Origin: Trueperaceae bacterium
GTDB lineage: Bacteria > Deinococcota > Deinococci > Deinococcales > Trueperaceae
DNA length: 64,000 nucleotides
Reading direction: 5' to 3'
NCBI GenBank assembly: GCA_040905465.1
Contig: JBBDRK010000072.1
Location: 17,851-81,850, forward strand
The notes below the pieces were generated by a model, which did not search any database, had not been told where the DNA came from, and worked only from the letters and a program-made list of their open reading frames with translations. Shown here piece by piece: positions 28,968-37,876 of this stretch; within the stretch, counting starts at the first letter, position 1; each line of letters begins with the position of its first letter. Position numbers and translations under genes: made by a program.

Positions 28968-29117
28968 TCCTTCTTCCATCCGGACTATCACCGTCGGTGC
29001 CGGACTTACACCGGCTCGGGCGCCACGCTGTCGTGGAGCTTCGCGGACTTCGGCACGCTTTTACTGATAGCGTGGCCGTCACCGCCGGTAGGGATTTTCA
29101 CCCTGCCCCGAAGGATC
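28968..29117 (-). ncRNA. FMN riboswitch (RFN element)
   Basis: Minus strand ATCCTTCGGGGCAGGGTGAAAATCCCTACCGGCGGT...AGTCCGCGA...CCGGTGTAAGTCCGGCACCGACGGTGATAGTCCGGATGGAAGAAG, upstream of ribD. Confidence 0.95.
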
Positions 29118-29257
29118 GGTTTGTGGCGGGCGGTGCCCGCACCACAAGTATAGTGCTCTACTGCGAGGCGAACGTGTCGCACGCCTGGGGGTCGAGTTCG
29201 GGACCTCTGCCACCACACCTGAGGCCGCGCGCTAGCGTATCGGTTACAGTGCCCCGC

Positions 29258-30148
29258 ATGGTCCGGCTCATGGCCCTGTTCGGGGCGATCTGCATCTCGT
29301 TCTCGGCGATCTTCGTCGGCATGGCCGACGTTGCCCCTGCTACCGCCACGTTCTTCCGAACCGCCTACGCACTGCCACTCCTGTTCGTGATCTGGTGGCG
29401 GGTTCGCGGCCGCGACCGGCGCTCGCCGCCGATGCGTCGTCTTGCCTTCGTGAGCGGGCTGCTCCTGGGCGCCGACTTCACTCTCTGGCACTTCTCGATC
29501 GATTCCATCGGCGCCGGGTTGGCGACCGTCCTCGCCAACACCCAAGTGTTGTTCGTCGGCCTGATCGCCTGGTTCCTGCATGGCGAGCGGCCGCGGCCGC
29601 TGGCATTGGCCCTCGTTCCGGTGGTGTTCCTGGGGGTAGTGCTGTTGTCCGGCCTGGGCGGGGCAGATGCCTACGGCAGCAATCCGTTTGCCGGGGTTCT
29701 ATTCGGGGTGGGCGCCGGCCTGGCCTACAGTGGGTTCCTGGTGGCGCTGCGCCGCTCGAACCGGGTCCTGGCTCCGGCCTCCGGGCCGCTGCTGGACGCT
29801 ACCCTGGGAGCGATGCTGGGTACTGCCGCGGTCGGTCTCGCCGGCGGCCCGTCGCTCGAACTGGCGCCGGTGTGGCCGGCTCACGGCTGGCTGCTCACGC
29901 TGGCGGTAGTTTCGCAGGTGGTCGGTTGGCTGTCGATAACCACCGCCCTGCCCAGGCTGCCGGCGCTCGAGACATCGATCGTGCTCCTGGCGCAACCGAT
30001 GGGGTCGGTGCTGTGGAGCCGGCTGATATTCGGGGAGAACCTGTCGTTCGTCCAGTGGGCGGGGGTGGCACTGGTGCTGGCAGGCGTGACGCTCCTGAGC
30101 ATGAGGTGGGGTGAGCGGCGAGCGAGCCGCAAGGTGGTGCCGGCATGA
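29258..30148 (+). CDS. EamA/DMT family transporter, probably leaderless
   Basis: About 10 TM segments, SFSAIFV, GLATVLANTQ and LLAQP; TACAGT ends 7 nt before ATG 29258. Confidence 0.88.
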   Translation: MVRLMALFGAICISFSAIFVGMADVAPATATFFRTAYALPLLFVIWWRVRGRDRRSPPMRRLAFVSGLLLGADFTLWHFSIDSIGAGLATVLANTQVLFVGLIAWFLHGERPRPLALALVPVVFLGVVLLSGLGGADAYGSNPFAGVLFGVGAGLAYSGFLVALRRSNRVLAPASGPLLDATLGAMLGTAAVGLAGGPSLELAPVWPAHGWLLTLAVVSQVVGWLSITTALPRLPALETSIVLLAQPMGSVLWSRLIFGENLSFVQWAGVALVLAGVTLLSMRWGERRASRKVVPA

Positions 30149-30786
30149 AGAAGCTGCCCGAGTTGTTCGAGCGCAACCGAAGGTGGTCGGAGCGCATGCG
30201 ACGCGACGATGCGCAGGCCTTCGAGCGGCTGGCGGCGGTTCAGCGGCCCGATTACCTGTGGATCGGCTGTTCCGACTCGCGGGTTCCCGCCAACCAGATC
30301 GTGGATCTGCCGCCGGGCGAGGTGTTCGTTCACCGCAACGTCGCCAACGTGGCGCCGCACGCCGACATGAACATGCTTTCGGTTCTCGAGTACGCCGTCG
30401 ACGTGCTCGGGGTTCGCCACGTGATCGTCTGCGGCCATTACGGGTGTGGCGGAGTGGCCGCGGCGCTGGCCCCGGCCCGGCCCGACATGCTGGTGGACAA
30501 CTGGTTGCGGCACGTCCGCGACGTTGCCCATCAGCACCGCGAGACACTGGAGGGATTGACGCCCCACGACCGAGCACGCCGGCTGGCCGAGCTGAACGCC
30601 GTGGCGCAGGCGCGCAACGTCTGCCATACCAGCATCGTGCAGGGAGCGTGGGCACGGGAGCGCGAACTCACGGTGCATGCCTGGATCTACGGGCTCGAAG
30701 ACGGGCTGTTGCGCGACCTCGATTTCGCGGTCTCGGCGATCTCCGAGATAGACGCCAGCTACCGGGTTGCGACCGAGCCGCGGTGA
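30145..30786 (+). CDS. can: beta-class carbonic anhydrase
   Basis: WIGCSDSRVP, FVHRNVAN and VCGHYGCGG. Confidence 0.95.
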   Translation: MKKLPELFERNRRWSERMRRDDAQAFERLAAVQRPDYLWIGCSDSRVPANQIVDLPPGEVFVHRNVANVAPHADMNMLSVLEYAVDVLGVRHVIVCGHYGCGGVAAALAPARPDMLVDNWLRHVRDVAHQHRETLEGLTPHDRARRLAELNAVAQARNVCHTSIVQGAWARERELTVHAWIYGLEDGLLRDLDFAVSAISEIDASYRVATEPR

Positions 30787-30801
30787 GCCGGAGCGTAACC
30801 T

Positions 30802-33264
30802 GTGCCCGAGGATGAGTTGGAGCGAACGCCGGTGAGAGAGACCACGCTGAGCCACACCCCTCCGACGTCCACTCCTCCGACCTCCACCCCTGGGACGTCC
30901 ACCATGGCGAAGGCGCAGGAGCTGCTGCAGCGGGTCTTCGGATACCCCGAGTTCCGGGGGCCACAAGCGGAGATAATCGAGCGGCTGAACGGCGGTGAGG
31001 ACGCCCTGGTGCTGATGCCCACGGGCGGCGGCAAGTCGCTGTGCTATCAGATTCCGGCGATGCTCCGGGACGGGGTGGGCGTGGTGGTATCCCCGCTCAT
31101 CGCGTTGATGCAGGACCAGGTGGACGCTCTTCGGCTGCTGGGCGTCCGCGCCGCGTTCGTGAACTCCACCCAGGACGCACAGGAGGCTCGCCGGGTGGAG
31201 GCTGCGATGGCGGGTGGCGAACTCGACCTGCTCTATGTCGCACCCGAGCGGCTGCTCACCCCACGCTTCCTGGAGTTGCTGGAGCGAACGAAGCTGGCGC
31301 TGTTCGCCATCGACGAAGCCCACTGCGTTTCCCAGTGGGGACACGACTTCAGGCCCGAGTACCTGGGCCTGTCGAAACTGGCGGAGCGTTTCCCGGAGGT
31401 GCCGCGCGTCGCGCTCACCGCCACTGCCGATGCGATGACACGGCGCGAGATGGCCGAGAAGCTCAGCCTGCAAGGGGCTCGGCAGTTCGTGGTCTCCTTC
31501 GACCGGCCCAACATCCGCTACACGGTGGTCGACAAGCAGAACGCCCGGCAGCAGTTGCTCGCCTTCTACCGGGACCAGCACCAGGGCGGCGCCGGCATCG
31601 TCTACTGCATGTCGCGGCGCTCGGTCGACGATACCGCCGCCTGGCTGCAAGGCCAGGGCGTGCCGGCGCTCGCCTATCACGCCGGGCTGGATTCGTCCAC
31701 CAGGTCCAAGCGCCAGGCGGCGTTCCTCCGCGAGGAGGGCGTGGTCATGGTGGCGACGATAGCCTTCGGCATGGGTATCGACAAACCCGACGTGCGCTTC
31801 GTGGCGCATCTGGACGTGCCCAAGAGCCTCGAGGGCTATTACCAGGAGACCGGTCGTGCCGGACGTGACGGGCAGCCGGCCGAAGCCTTCATGACCTACG
31901 GCCTGAGCGACGTCGTCGCCTTGCGCCGGCTGATGGCATCGGGCGACGGGGGCGAGGCGTTCAAGCGAGTCGAGCAGCAGAAGCTCGATGCTCTGCTGGG
32001 CTATTGCGAGAGCGCCGGTTGCCGCCGGCAGGCGCTGCTGGCGTACTTCGGTGAAGAGTTCGCCGAACCGTGCGGAAACTGCGATACCTGCCTGAATCCG
32101 GTCGACACCTTCGATGGCACGGTCCTGGCGCAGAAGCTGCTGTCGACGGTCTACCGAACCGGTCAGCGCTTCGGCGCCGGCCACCTGTGCGACGTGCTGA
32201 CCGGGAAGGCGAACACTCGGGTGCAGAGCCTTGGACACGACAAGCTGAGCACCTTCGGTGTGGGCAGCGAGCTCGGCAGTGACGGCTGGAAGCGGGTGGT
32301 GCGGCAGTTGACCGCCGGCGGCTATCTGGTGACCGACGGCGAGGGGCACGGTTCCCTGAAGCTCGGCGGGGCCAGCGCTGCGGTGCTGCGCGGCGAGGCG
32401 TCGGTGGCGTTGCGCCGAGACCCGGCGCCCTATGCCGGTACGTCGAAGTCGAGCGGCCGGGGCGCGCGAAAGCGGGCGGCCATCCCGGAGGGGCCGGGAG
32501 CCGAGCTGTTCGAGGAGCTGCGCCGGGTGCGGACCGAGTTGGCGCAGGCGCAGGGCGTTCCTCCCTACGTGATCTTCCATGACGCCACCCTGCGGGAGAT
32601 GGTGGCGCGCCTGCCGGCGAGCGCGGCGGAGCTCGCCCTGGTGCCCGGTGTCGGCAAGACGAAGCTCGAGCGTTACGGCGAGGCGTTCCTGGGGCCGATC
32701 GGTGCTCATCGTTCGGTTCCCACAGTCGGACCGGAGCCTAAGAAGCCGGAGCATGTCGGTTCGGCGCCTGTCGAGCCGGAGGACCTGTCCGGCGCGGGGC
32801 AACCGAACGCGGGGCCAGACGCGCGGCAACCGGACGCGGCACCGCTGTTCGCGTCAGCGGCCCCACCTCCCGACGCGACACACGCCGACGACGATCGGCA
32901 GGAGTACCCGCATGACCACCCGTCTGACAACTCATTCGAAATCCAGGACGACGACCAAGGTGCCGGTGACACGGTGGACAGAACGCTCCGGCTGGTCCTC
33001 GCCGGGAACTCCCCGGAAGCGGTGGCCAGGCTGCGCAATCTCAAGCTGAGCACGGTAGAAGGGCATCTGGTCGATCTGGTGCGGCGCGGCGACATCACGG
33101 CAGAGGAGGCGACCGGTCTGGGCGCGGATGCCCTCGCCGAAATCGAGGACGCCGTCAACGAACTTCCTGATTCCGAACGGCGGCGGTTGAAGCCCCTGTT
33201 CGAGCGTCTCGCGGGCCGGTACTCCTACGCGCAGCTACGCTGCATTCGCGCGACACTCGAGTAG
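30802..33264 (+). CDS. recQ: DNA helicase RecQ (helicase, RQC, HRDC, acidic linker, C-terminal HTH); start uncertain between 30802 and 30904
   Basis: [51 protein letters not shown]...CGNCDTC and [11 protein letters not shown]. Confidence 0.95.
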   Translation: MPEDELERTPVRETTLSHTPPTSTPPTSTPGTSTMAKAQELLQRVFGYPEFRGPQAEIIERLNGGEDALVLMPTGGGKSLCYQIPAMLRDGVGVVVSPLIALMQDQVDALRLLGVRAAFVNSTQDAQEARRVEAAMAGGELDLLYVAPERLLTPRFLELLERTKLALFAIDEAHCVSQWGHDFRPEYLGLSKLAERFPEVPRVALTATADAMTRREMAEKLSLQGARQFVVSFDRPNIRYTVVDKQNARQQLLAFYRDQHQGGAGIVYCMSRRSVDDTAAWLQGQGVPALAYHAGLDSSTRSKRQAAFLREEGVVMVATIAFGMGIDKPDVRFVAHLDVPKSLEGYYQETGRAGRDGQPAEAFMTYGLSDVVALRRLMASGDGGEAFKRVEQQKLDALLGYCESAGCRRQALLAYFGEEFAEPCGNCDTCLNPVDTFDGTVLAQKLLSTVYRTGQRFGAGHLCDVLTGKANTRVQSLGHDKLSTFGVGSELGSDGWKRVVRQLTAGGYLVTDGEGHGSLKLGGASAAVLRGEASVALRRDPAPYAGTSKSSGRGARKRAAIPEGPGAELFEELRRVRTELAQAQGVPPYVIFHDATLREMVARLPASAAELALVPGVGKTKLERYGEAFLGPIGAHRSVPTVGPEPKKPEHVGSAPVEPEDLSGAGQPNAGPDARQPDAAPLFASAAPPPDATHADDDRQEYPHDHPSDNSFEIQDDDQGAGDTVDRTLRLVLAGNSPEAVARLRNLKLSTVEGHLVDLVRRGDITAEEATGLGADALAEIEDAVNELPDSERRRLKPLFERLAGRYSYAQLRCIRATLE

Positions 33265-33415
33265 CCCGCTACTTCAAGGTCTCGGACTCCCGCTCGGCAC
33301 CCACACAGCTTTCCCAAGCGTGACATCTGAACCGGGGTACTCCTGCCCCGTCCTTACACTGGATCGATTGTGAGCGGAAGCCCATTTCCAAGGGGAGCAA
33401 CACGGGGAGTGTCGA

Positions 33416-34822
33416 TTGATGGAAGGACCCATTTTTTGCCGCATTATTCGCCCCATCGATCGTAGTAGCCGTCGTGTGTTGCCGCTGATCTTCGCGGCGG
33501 CGCTCGCGATTTCGCTCGCCGCCTGCTCCGAACTCAACACCGAGATAGAACCGGAAGACGACGAGCCCGCGCCGGCGGTGGAGCGTCGGACAGTAGCCGT
33601 CGGTCTGGCCGGTGACGGCAGCGGCAGGGTGGCGAGCGATCCGGCTGGCATCGACTGCGGCGCCTCTTGCAGCGCCGAGTTTTCGGAGGGCAGTCAGGTT
33701 GCGCTCTCCGCTGCCGCCGCCCACGGTTCGCGTTTCGAAGGGTGGAGCTCGAGTAGTTGCGGCGGGGGAGAGAGTTGCGTCCTGACGCTTTCTGGCGACG
33801 TGACCGTCGAGGCGACCTTCGCCGCGGAGCCGTCACCATCGGGATCGGCTGAAGGGTCGTTCTCGGTAGTAGTGATCCCCGACACTCAGAACTTGATCAT
33901 GCGCAGAGAGAACACCATGGTGACGACCATGGCGCGTTGGGTCGTCGACAGCCGCGACGAACTCGACATCCGTTTCGTCAGCCAACTCGGCGACGTTGTT
34001 GACGACGGCAGCAAGGTCAGCGAGTGGCAGCGGGCCGACCGAATGCTGGGCCTGCTCGACGGGGTCGTGCCGTACAGCGTCGCCCTCGGCGATCACGACT
34101 ACGCCATCGAGGAGGACATGGGCAGCTCCACCGCCAACTACCGGGCCTGGTTCGGCCCGGAACGTTACCGGGAGTACGACTGGTACCGCGGTAGCGGCCC
34201 GAACGGCGTCAATCACTATCAGGTGTTCGAGGCGGGCGGCCGCGAGTTCCTGCACGTGGCGCTCGAATGGGAAGCTCCCGGTCCCGCAGACGACCCAGCT
34301 TCGCCTCTGGGCTGGGCTCGCCAGGTCATCTCGGATCATCCGGAACTGCCGACGATCATCTCAACCCACGCCTACCTCTGGGACTATCCCGGTCAGGAGG
34401 GCCGGACCTGGGCCAGCGAGCAGCTCGAGGGCAGCATCACCCTAGATGGCGGCAGCATGACCTTCCCCGGAACCACCGGCCAGGGGATGTTCGAGGCGCT
34501 GGTGGAACCGTTTCCGCACGTTTTCATGGTGCTGAACGGCCACTACCACAAGGCCAGCGGCACCGACGACGGGGAGTACCACCAGGTCAGCCGCAACGAG
34601 ACCGGCCTGGAGGTCTACGAGATGCTGTCGAACTACCAGAGCTATCCCAACGGGGGAGACGGCTGGCTGCGGATCATCGAATTCGTTCCCAGTGGGGGCG
34701 AGGGCGGCAGTGATCGGATCGCCGTGAGTACCTACTCTCCGGTGCTGAACCGCTTCCAGACCGACGCCCGCAGCCGGTTCCACTTCGACCTTGTGTTCGA
34801 GGAGCGCTTCCCCAGGGATTGA
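33416..34822 (+). CDS. lipoprotein with an InlB-B-repeat-like domain and a calcineurin-like metallophosphoesterase domain
   Basis: Lipobox SLAAC; GSGRVASDPAGIDCG...F.GW...C...C module; PDTQ, GDVVD, GDHD, THAY and NGHYH; GGGGAG SD. Confidence 0.85.
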   Translation: MMEGPIFCRIIRPIDRSSRRVLPLIFAAALAISLAACSELNTEIEPEDDEPAPAVERRTVAVGLAGDGSGRVASDPAGIDCGASCSAEFSEGSQVALSAAAAHGSRFEGWSSSSCGGGESCVLTLSGDVTVEATFAAEPSPSGSAEGSFSVVVIPDTQNLIMRRENTMVTTMARWVVDSRDELDIRFVSQLGDVVDDGSKVSEWQRADRMLGLLDGVVPYSVALGDHDYAIEEDMGSSTANYRAWFGPERYREYDWYRGSGPNGVNHYQVFEAGGREFLHVALEWEAPGPADDPASPLGWARQVISDHPELPTIISTHAYLWDYPGQEGRTWASEQLEGSITLDGGSMTFPGTTGQGMFEALVEPFPHVFMVLNGHYHKASGTDDGEYHQVSRNETGLEVYEMLSNYQSYPNGGDGWLRIIEFVPSGGEGGSDRIAVSTYSPVLNRFQTDARSRFHFDLVFEERFPRD

Positions 34823-34832
34823 GCGTCGCTCG

Positions 34833-34865
34833 TCAGCGCACCTCGCTGCCGTCGGGCAGGTCGCG
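34833..34865. repeat. 33-bp perfect duplication of the metG 3' end (other copy at 35670-35702)
   Basis: tcagcgcacctcgctgccgtcgggcaggtcgcg occurs at both sites and encodes RDLPDGSEVR* on the minus strand. Confidence 0.95.
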
Positions 34866-34918
34866 TTCCAACATCGCGCAGTATCGCCAGCCGTTAGTCC
34901 GGGTCTCGCCGCGCCACG

Positions 34919-35368
34919 TCACGGCAGGTTCTCCAAGTCGTTGAGATCCTTTGAGCGACCGCTTGCCGTCTTGTTGGCCCTGAGGCACTCGTTGTCGATT
35001 ATGTTGACAACCACACCGTCGATCTCATCGCTTATGCGCCGATCGTAGCAGGCCTGAAAATCGACTCCTGAAATAGTGGTGAGCACTTCTATCCGGAATG
35101 GCGGTAGGCCCATACGGATTACGCGATCCTCTTCCAGGAAGACGTCGGCGGACAGATCCGGCGACCCGAATCCGAACGCTTGCAGAGCAGTAACCAGACT
35201 CTCTGCGTTCACTCGCTCCGACGCTACCCACACGTCCATGTGGCCGGTCGAACGGGGATAGCCGTGGTAGCCCACGGCATAGCCGCCGACAAGAAGGTAT
35301 CTAACGCCGTTCGAGTTTAGTAACTGTAAGAACTCTTTGAAGTCTGGCGGTAGCCGGGTCGTAGCCAT
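34919..35368 (-). CDS. putative nucleotidyltransferase (DUF6036-like); DxD motif altered to HMD
   Basis: YLLVGGYAVGYHGYPRSTGHMDVW and C-terminal NKTASGRSKDLNDL. Confidence 0.82.
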   Translation of the reverse strand: MATTRLPPDFKEFLQLLNSNGVRYLLVGGYAVGYHGYPRSTGHMDVWVASERVNAESLVTALQAFGFGSPDLSADVFLEEDRVIRMGLPPFRIEVLTTISGVDFQACYDRRISDEIDGVVVNIIDNECLRANKTASGRSKDLNDLENLP

Positions 35369-35513
35369 AGTTCACCTGACGCATGAGCTCGATCGCCTCG
35401 AGACGTTCTTTCGGCCCGCGACTTCGCCAAAAGACCCTTTGGTCTCTGTCGTCGCCCAGAGAAGTGATGGAGAATGCCGACTTATCCAGGCGGATGGACG
35501 CTACGTCACTCAC
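35301..35513 (-). CDS. small protein (70 aa), putative partner of the nucleotidyltransferase, probably leaderless
   Basis: RLDKSAFSITSL...FW...PKERLEAIELMRQVNYG...RLQRVL; TATAAT (35526-35521) ends 7 nt before GTG 35513; overlaps the NTase by 68 nt. Confidence 0.75.
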   Translation of the reverse strand: MSDVASIRLDKSAFSITSLGDDRDQRVFWRSRGPKERLEAIELMRQVNYGYDPATARLQRVLTVTKLERR

Positions 35514-35669
35514 AACACGAATTATAAGCCATTGCATGCACTTTCTCTCGCTGTGCGGGGGCCAACTCGGTGACCGGCACTCTTCCACTCGCTACTACCG
35601 CGCTTGCGAGGTCTCCGGCGAGCGGAACTACCCTTCACACACCAGTGCCGGCACCAGTAACGCTCTCGC

Positions 35670-37685
35670 TCAGCGCACCTCGCTGCCGTCGGGCAGGTCG
35701 CGGTCGAGTGTCGCCAGGCTGAGTCTGCCGCCGGCGTCCTCGGCCGCCAGGATCATCCCCTGCGACTCAACGCCGCGCAGCGTGACCGGCTTCAGGTTGG
35801 TCACCAGAACCACCTTCTTGCCCTCGAGTTGCTCGGGCGAGTAGTGCTCGCGGATGCCGGAGACCACCGTGCGCTCCTCGGGCCCGAGCTTGACCCTGAG
35901 CACCAGCAGCCGGTCGGCCTTGGGATGCTGGTTGGCTTCGAGAACCGTTGCTACTCGTAGCTCCAGCTTGGCGAAGTCGTCGATGGTGACTTCTTCCTTG
36001 TGCTCGAGCGGTTGCACCTGCTCCGCGACCGGTGCCGACGCTTCCGGGTCGGCGATCTCCTGCTTCAGCTCGTCTAGGTCGATTCGCGGGAACAGCGGGT
36101 TGCCGGGCCGGGTGCGGGTGCCGGCCGCGACCACGCCCCACTCGCCGGCGGCGTGCAGCTCGATGCTCTGGTCGGCCAGCCCGAGCTGCGCCAGGAGCTC
36201 GCGGGTCTTGTCGGGCATCACCGGCGTCAGCAGGATTCCCGCGCAACGCAGCGCCTCCACGCAGTTGGTGAGCACGGTGTCCAGGCGCGACGCGTTGGCA
36301 TCGTCCTTGACCAGCTCCCAGGGTTGGGTGTCGCTAATGTACTTGTTCGCCTTGCGAACCGCATCCAGCACCGCGCTTATCGCCCGATCGAACTGCAGCT
36401 CGGCCACGAAGCCGTCGACCGCCTTGGGAAGCGCCGCGAAAGCGTCGCGCAACTCCGCGTCGGCAGTTTCAGCAGCGGCAGCTTCCGTTTCGCCAGGTTC
36501 CGTGCGAGCCAGCCCCGGCACCAAGCCGTCCCGGTAGCGCTTGAGCATCCCCAGGGTGCGGTTGAGCAGATTGCCGAGGTCGTTGGCGAGGTCGGAGTTC
36601 ACCCGCTCCACCAAAGCCACTTCGCTGAACGTGGCGTCGAGCCCGAAGGTCATGTCGCGCATCAGGAAGTAGCGGAAGGCGTCGTTGCCGTACTTGTCCT
36701 TGAGGTCGAGGGGCCGGACCACGTTCCCCCGGCTCTTGCTCATCTTGCCCTGGTCGGTGAGCCAGTAGCCGTGCACGTTGAGGTGCCGGTAGAGCGGCAG
36801 GCCGGCCGCCTTGAGCATGGTGGGCCAGAACACCCCGTGCGGCTTGAGGATGTCCTTGCCGATGAAGTGCTCCACGGCCGGCCAGTAGCGTTCTTCGAGG
36901 CCACGGGATTCCAGCGCCGACCAGTAGTTGATGAGGGCGTCGAACCAGACGTAGGTGACGTGGTTCTCGTCCCAGGGCAGCGGTATCCCCCAGGGCACGC
37001 GGTCGCGCGGGCGGCTGATCGACAGGTCGCCGATGGGCTCGCGCAGCATGCCCAGGACCTCGTTGCGGTAACGGTTGGGCCGAACGAAGTCGGGGTTGCG
37101 TGTGAGGTGTTCACGCAACCAGGGCCGGTACTTCTCCATCCGGAAGAAGTAGTTCTCCTCGCTGCGGTACTCGAGCACTATGTCGTGTTGGGGGCAGCGA
37201 CCGCCTTCGAGCTCCTTCTCGGTGTAGTAACGCTCGCACTGAACGCAGTAGAGCCCACCGTATTCGCCGAAGATGATGTCGCCGGAGTCGTATACCCGCT
37301 GGAGGATCTCCTGCACCACCTTCTTGTGGCGCTCTTCGGTGGTGCGGATGAATTCGTCGTAGCCGATGCCGAGGTCGTCCCAGATCGCCCGGAACCGTGC
37401 CGATACCTCGTCGGTGTACTGCTGGGGGGTAATCCCGGCCGCCTCGGCGGTCTTCTGAATCTTCTCGCCGTGCTCGTCGGTGCCGGTCAGGAAGAAGGTG
37501 TCGTCCCCGCGCAACCGGTGGTAACGGGTAACCACATCGACGAGGATGGTGGTGTAGGCGTGGCCGATGTGCGGCTCGGCGTTGACGTAGAAAATCGGGG
37601 TGGTGGCGTAGAAGGTTTCTCTGTCGTGCTGGCTTGCGTCCTGCTCTCGTGCGTCCGCGCGTGTGGAAGCGGATTCGGTGTCCAT
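35670..37685 (-). CDS. metG: methionyl-tRNA synthetase with C-terminal tRNA-binding domain
   Basis: HIGH, GTDEHG, Zn knuckle, YVWFDAL, KMSKS and HPKADRL...SQGMIL; GGAGGA SD before ATG 37685. Confidence 0.97.
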   Translation of the reverse strand: MDTESASTRADAREQDASQHDRETFYATTPIFYVNAEPHIGHAYTTILVDVVTRYHRLRGDDTFFLTGTDEHGEKIQKTAEAAGITPQQYTDEVSARFRAIWDDLGIGYDEFIRTTEERHKKVVQEILQRVYDSGDIIFGEYGGLYCVQCERYYTEKELEGGRCPQHDIVLEYRSEENYFFRMEKYRPWLREHLTRNPDFVRPNRYRNEVLGMLREPIGDLSISRPRDRVPWGIPLPWDENHVTYVWFDALINYWSALESRGLEERYWPAVEHFIGKDILKPHGVFWPTMLKAAGLPLYRHLNVHGYWLTDQGKMSKSRGNVVRPLDLKDKYGNDAFRYFLMRDMTFGLDATFSEVALVERVNSDLANDLGNLLNRTLGMLKRYRDGLVPGLARTEPGETEAAAAETADAELRDAFAALPKAVDGFVAELQFDRAISAVLDAVRKANKYISDTQPWELVKDDANASRLDTVLTNCVEALRCAGILLTPVMPDKTRELLAQLGLADQSIELHAAGEWGVVAAGTRTRPGNPLFPRIDLDELKQEIADPEASAPVAEQVQPLEHKEEVTIDDFAKLELRVATVLEANQHPKADRLLVLRVKLGPEERTVVSGIREHYSPEQLEGKKVVLVTNLKPVTLRGVESQGMILAAEDAGGRLSLATLDRDLPDGSEVR

Positions 37686-37701
37686 CGGATCCTCCAGAAC
37701 C

Positions 37702-37811
37702 AAAAAAGCGGGCGCCGCATCACGGCGCCCTGACTCAGAAAAGCGTGTCGCTTACCTGATAACAGGGCTCCGATTCAGCATTCGCCATGCCATACCGCGC
37801 GCACTATAGCA
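37702..37811 (-). promoter_or_regulatory. putative metG attenuator: extended -10, leader ORF, antiterminator and terminator
   Basis: TGCTATAGT; ORF 37793-37752 MAWRMLNRSPVIR*; terminator GGGCGCCG-TGATG-CGGCGCCC-GCTTTTTT just upstream of the metG SD. Confidence 0.6.
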
Positions 37812-37876
37812 CAGGCCGCCCGCGCCGATTCGCGCCGAGCAGGCCTCGGCCGCAACCCGTGCAAGAATGCGTTCCC

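Larger units (their letters stand above)
34833..35702 (-). mobile_element. putative integrase-less mini-islet inserted in the metG 3' end
   Basis: Direct repeats of the metG terminus flank an 804-bp, visibly more AT-rich two-gene module. Confidence 0.6.

Noticed and set aside
29881-32829. 982-aa minus-strand ORF and similar long antisense ORFs (e.g. 36153-37733, 55988-57352, 20021-21364)
   Set aside because: They lie antisense to well-supported genes and have no motifs; they are expected shadows of high-GC codon bias.
33367-33378. ATTGTGAGCGGA matching half of the E. coli lac operator
   Set aside because: Only one half-site, no symmetry and no LacI gene nearby; probably chance.
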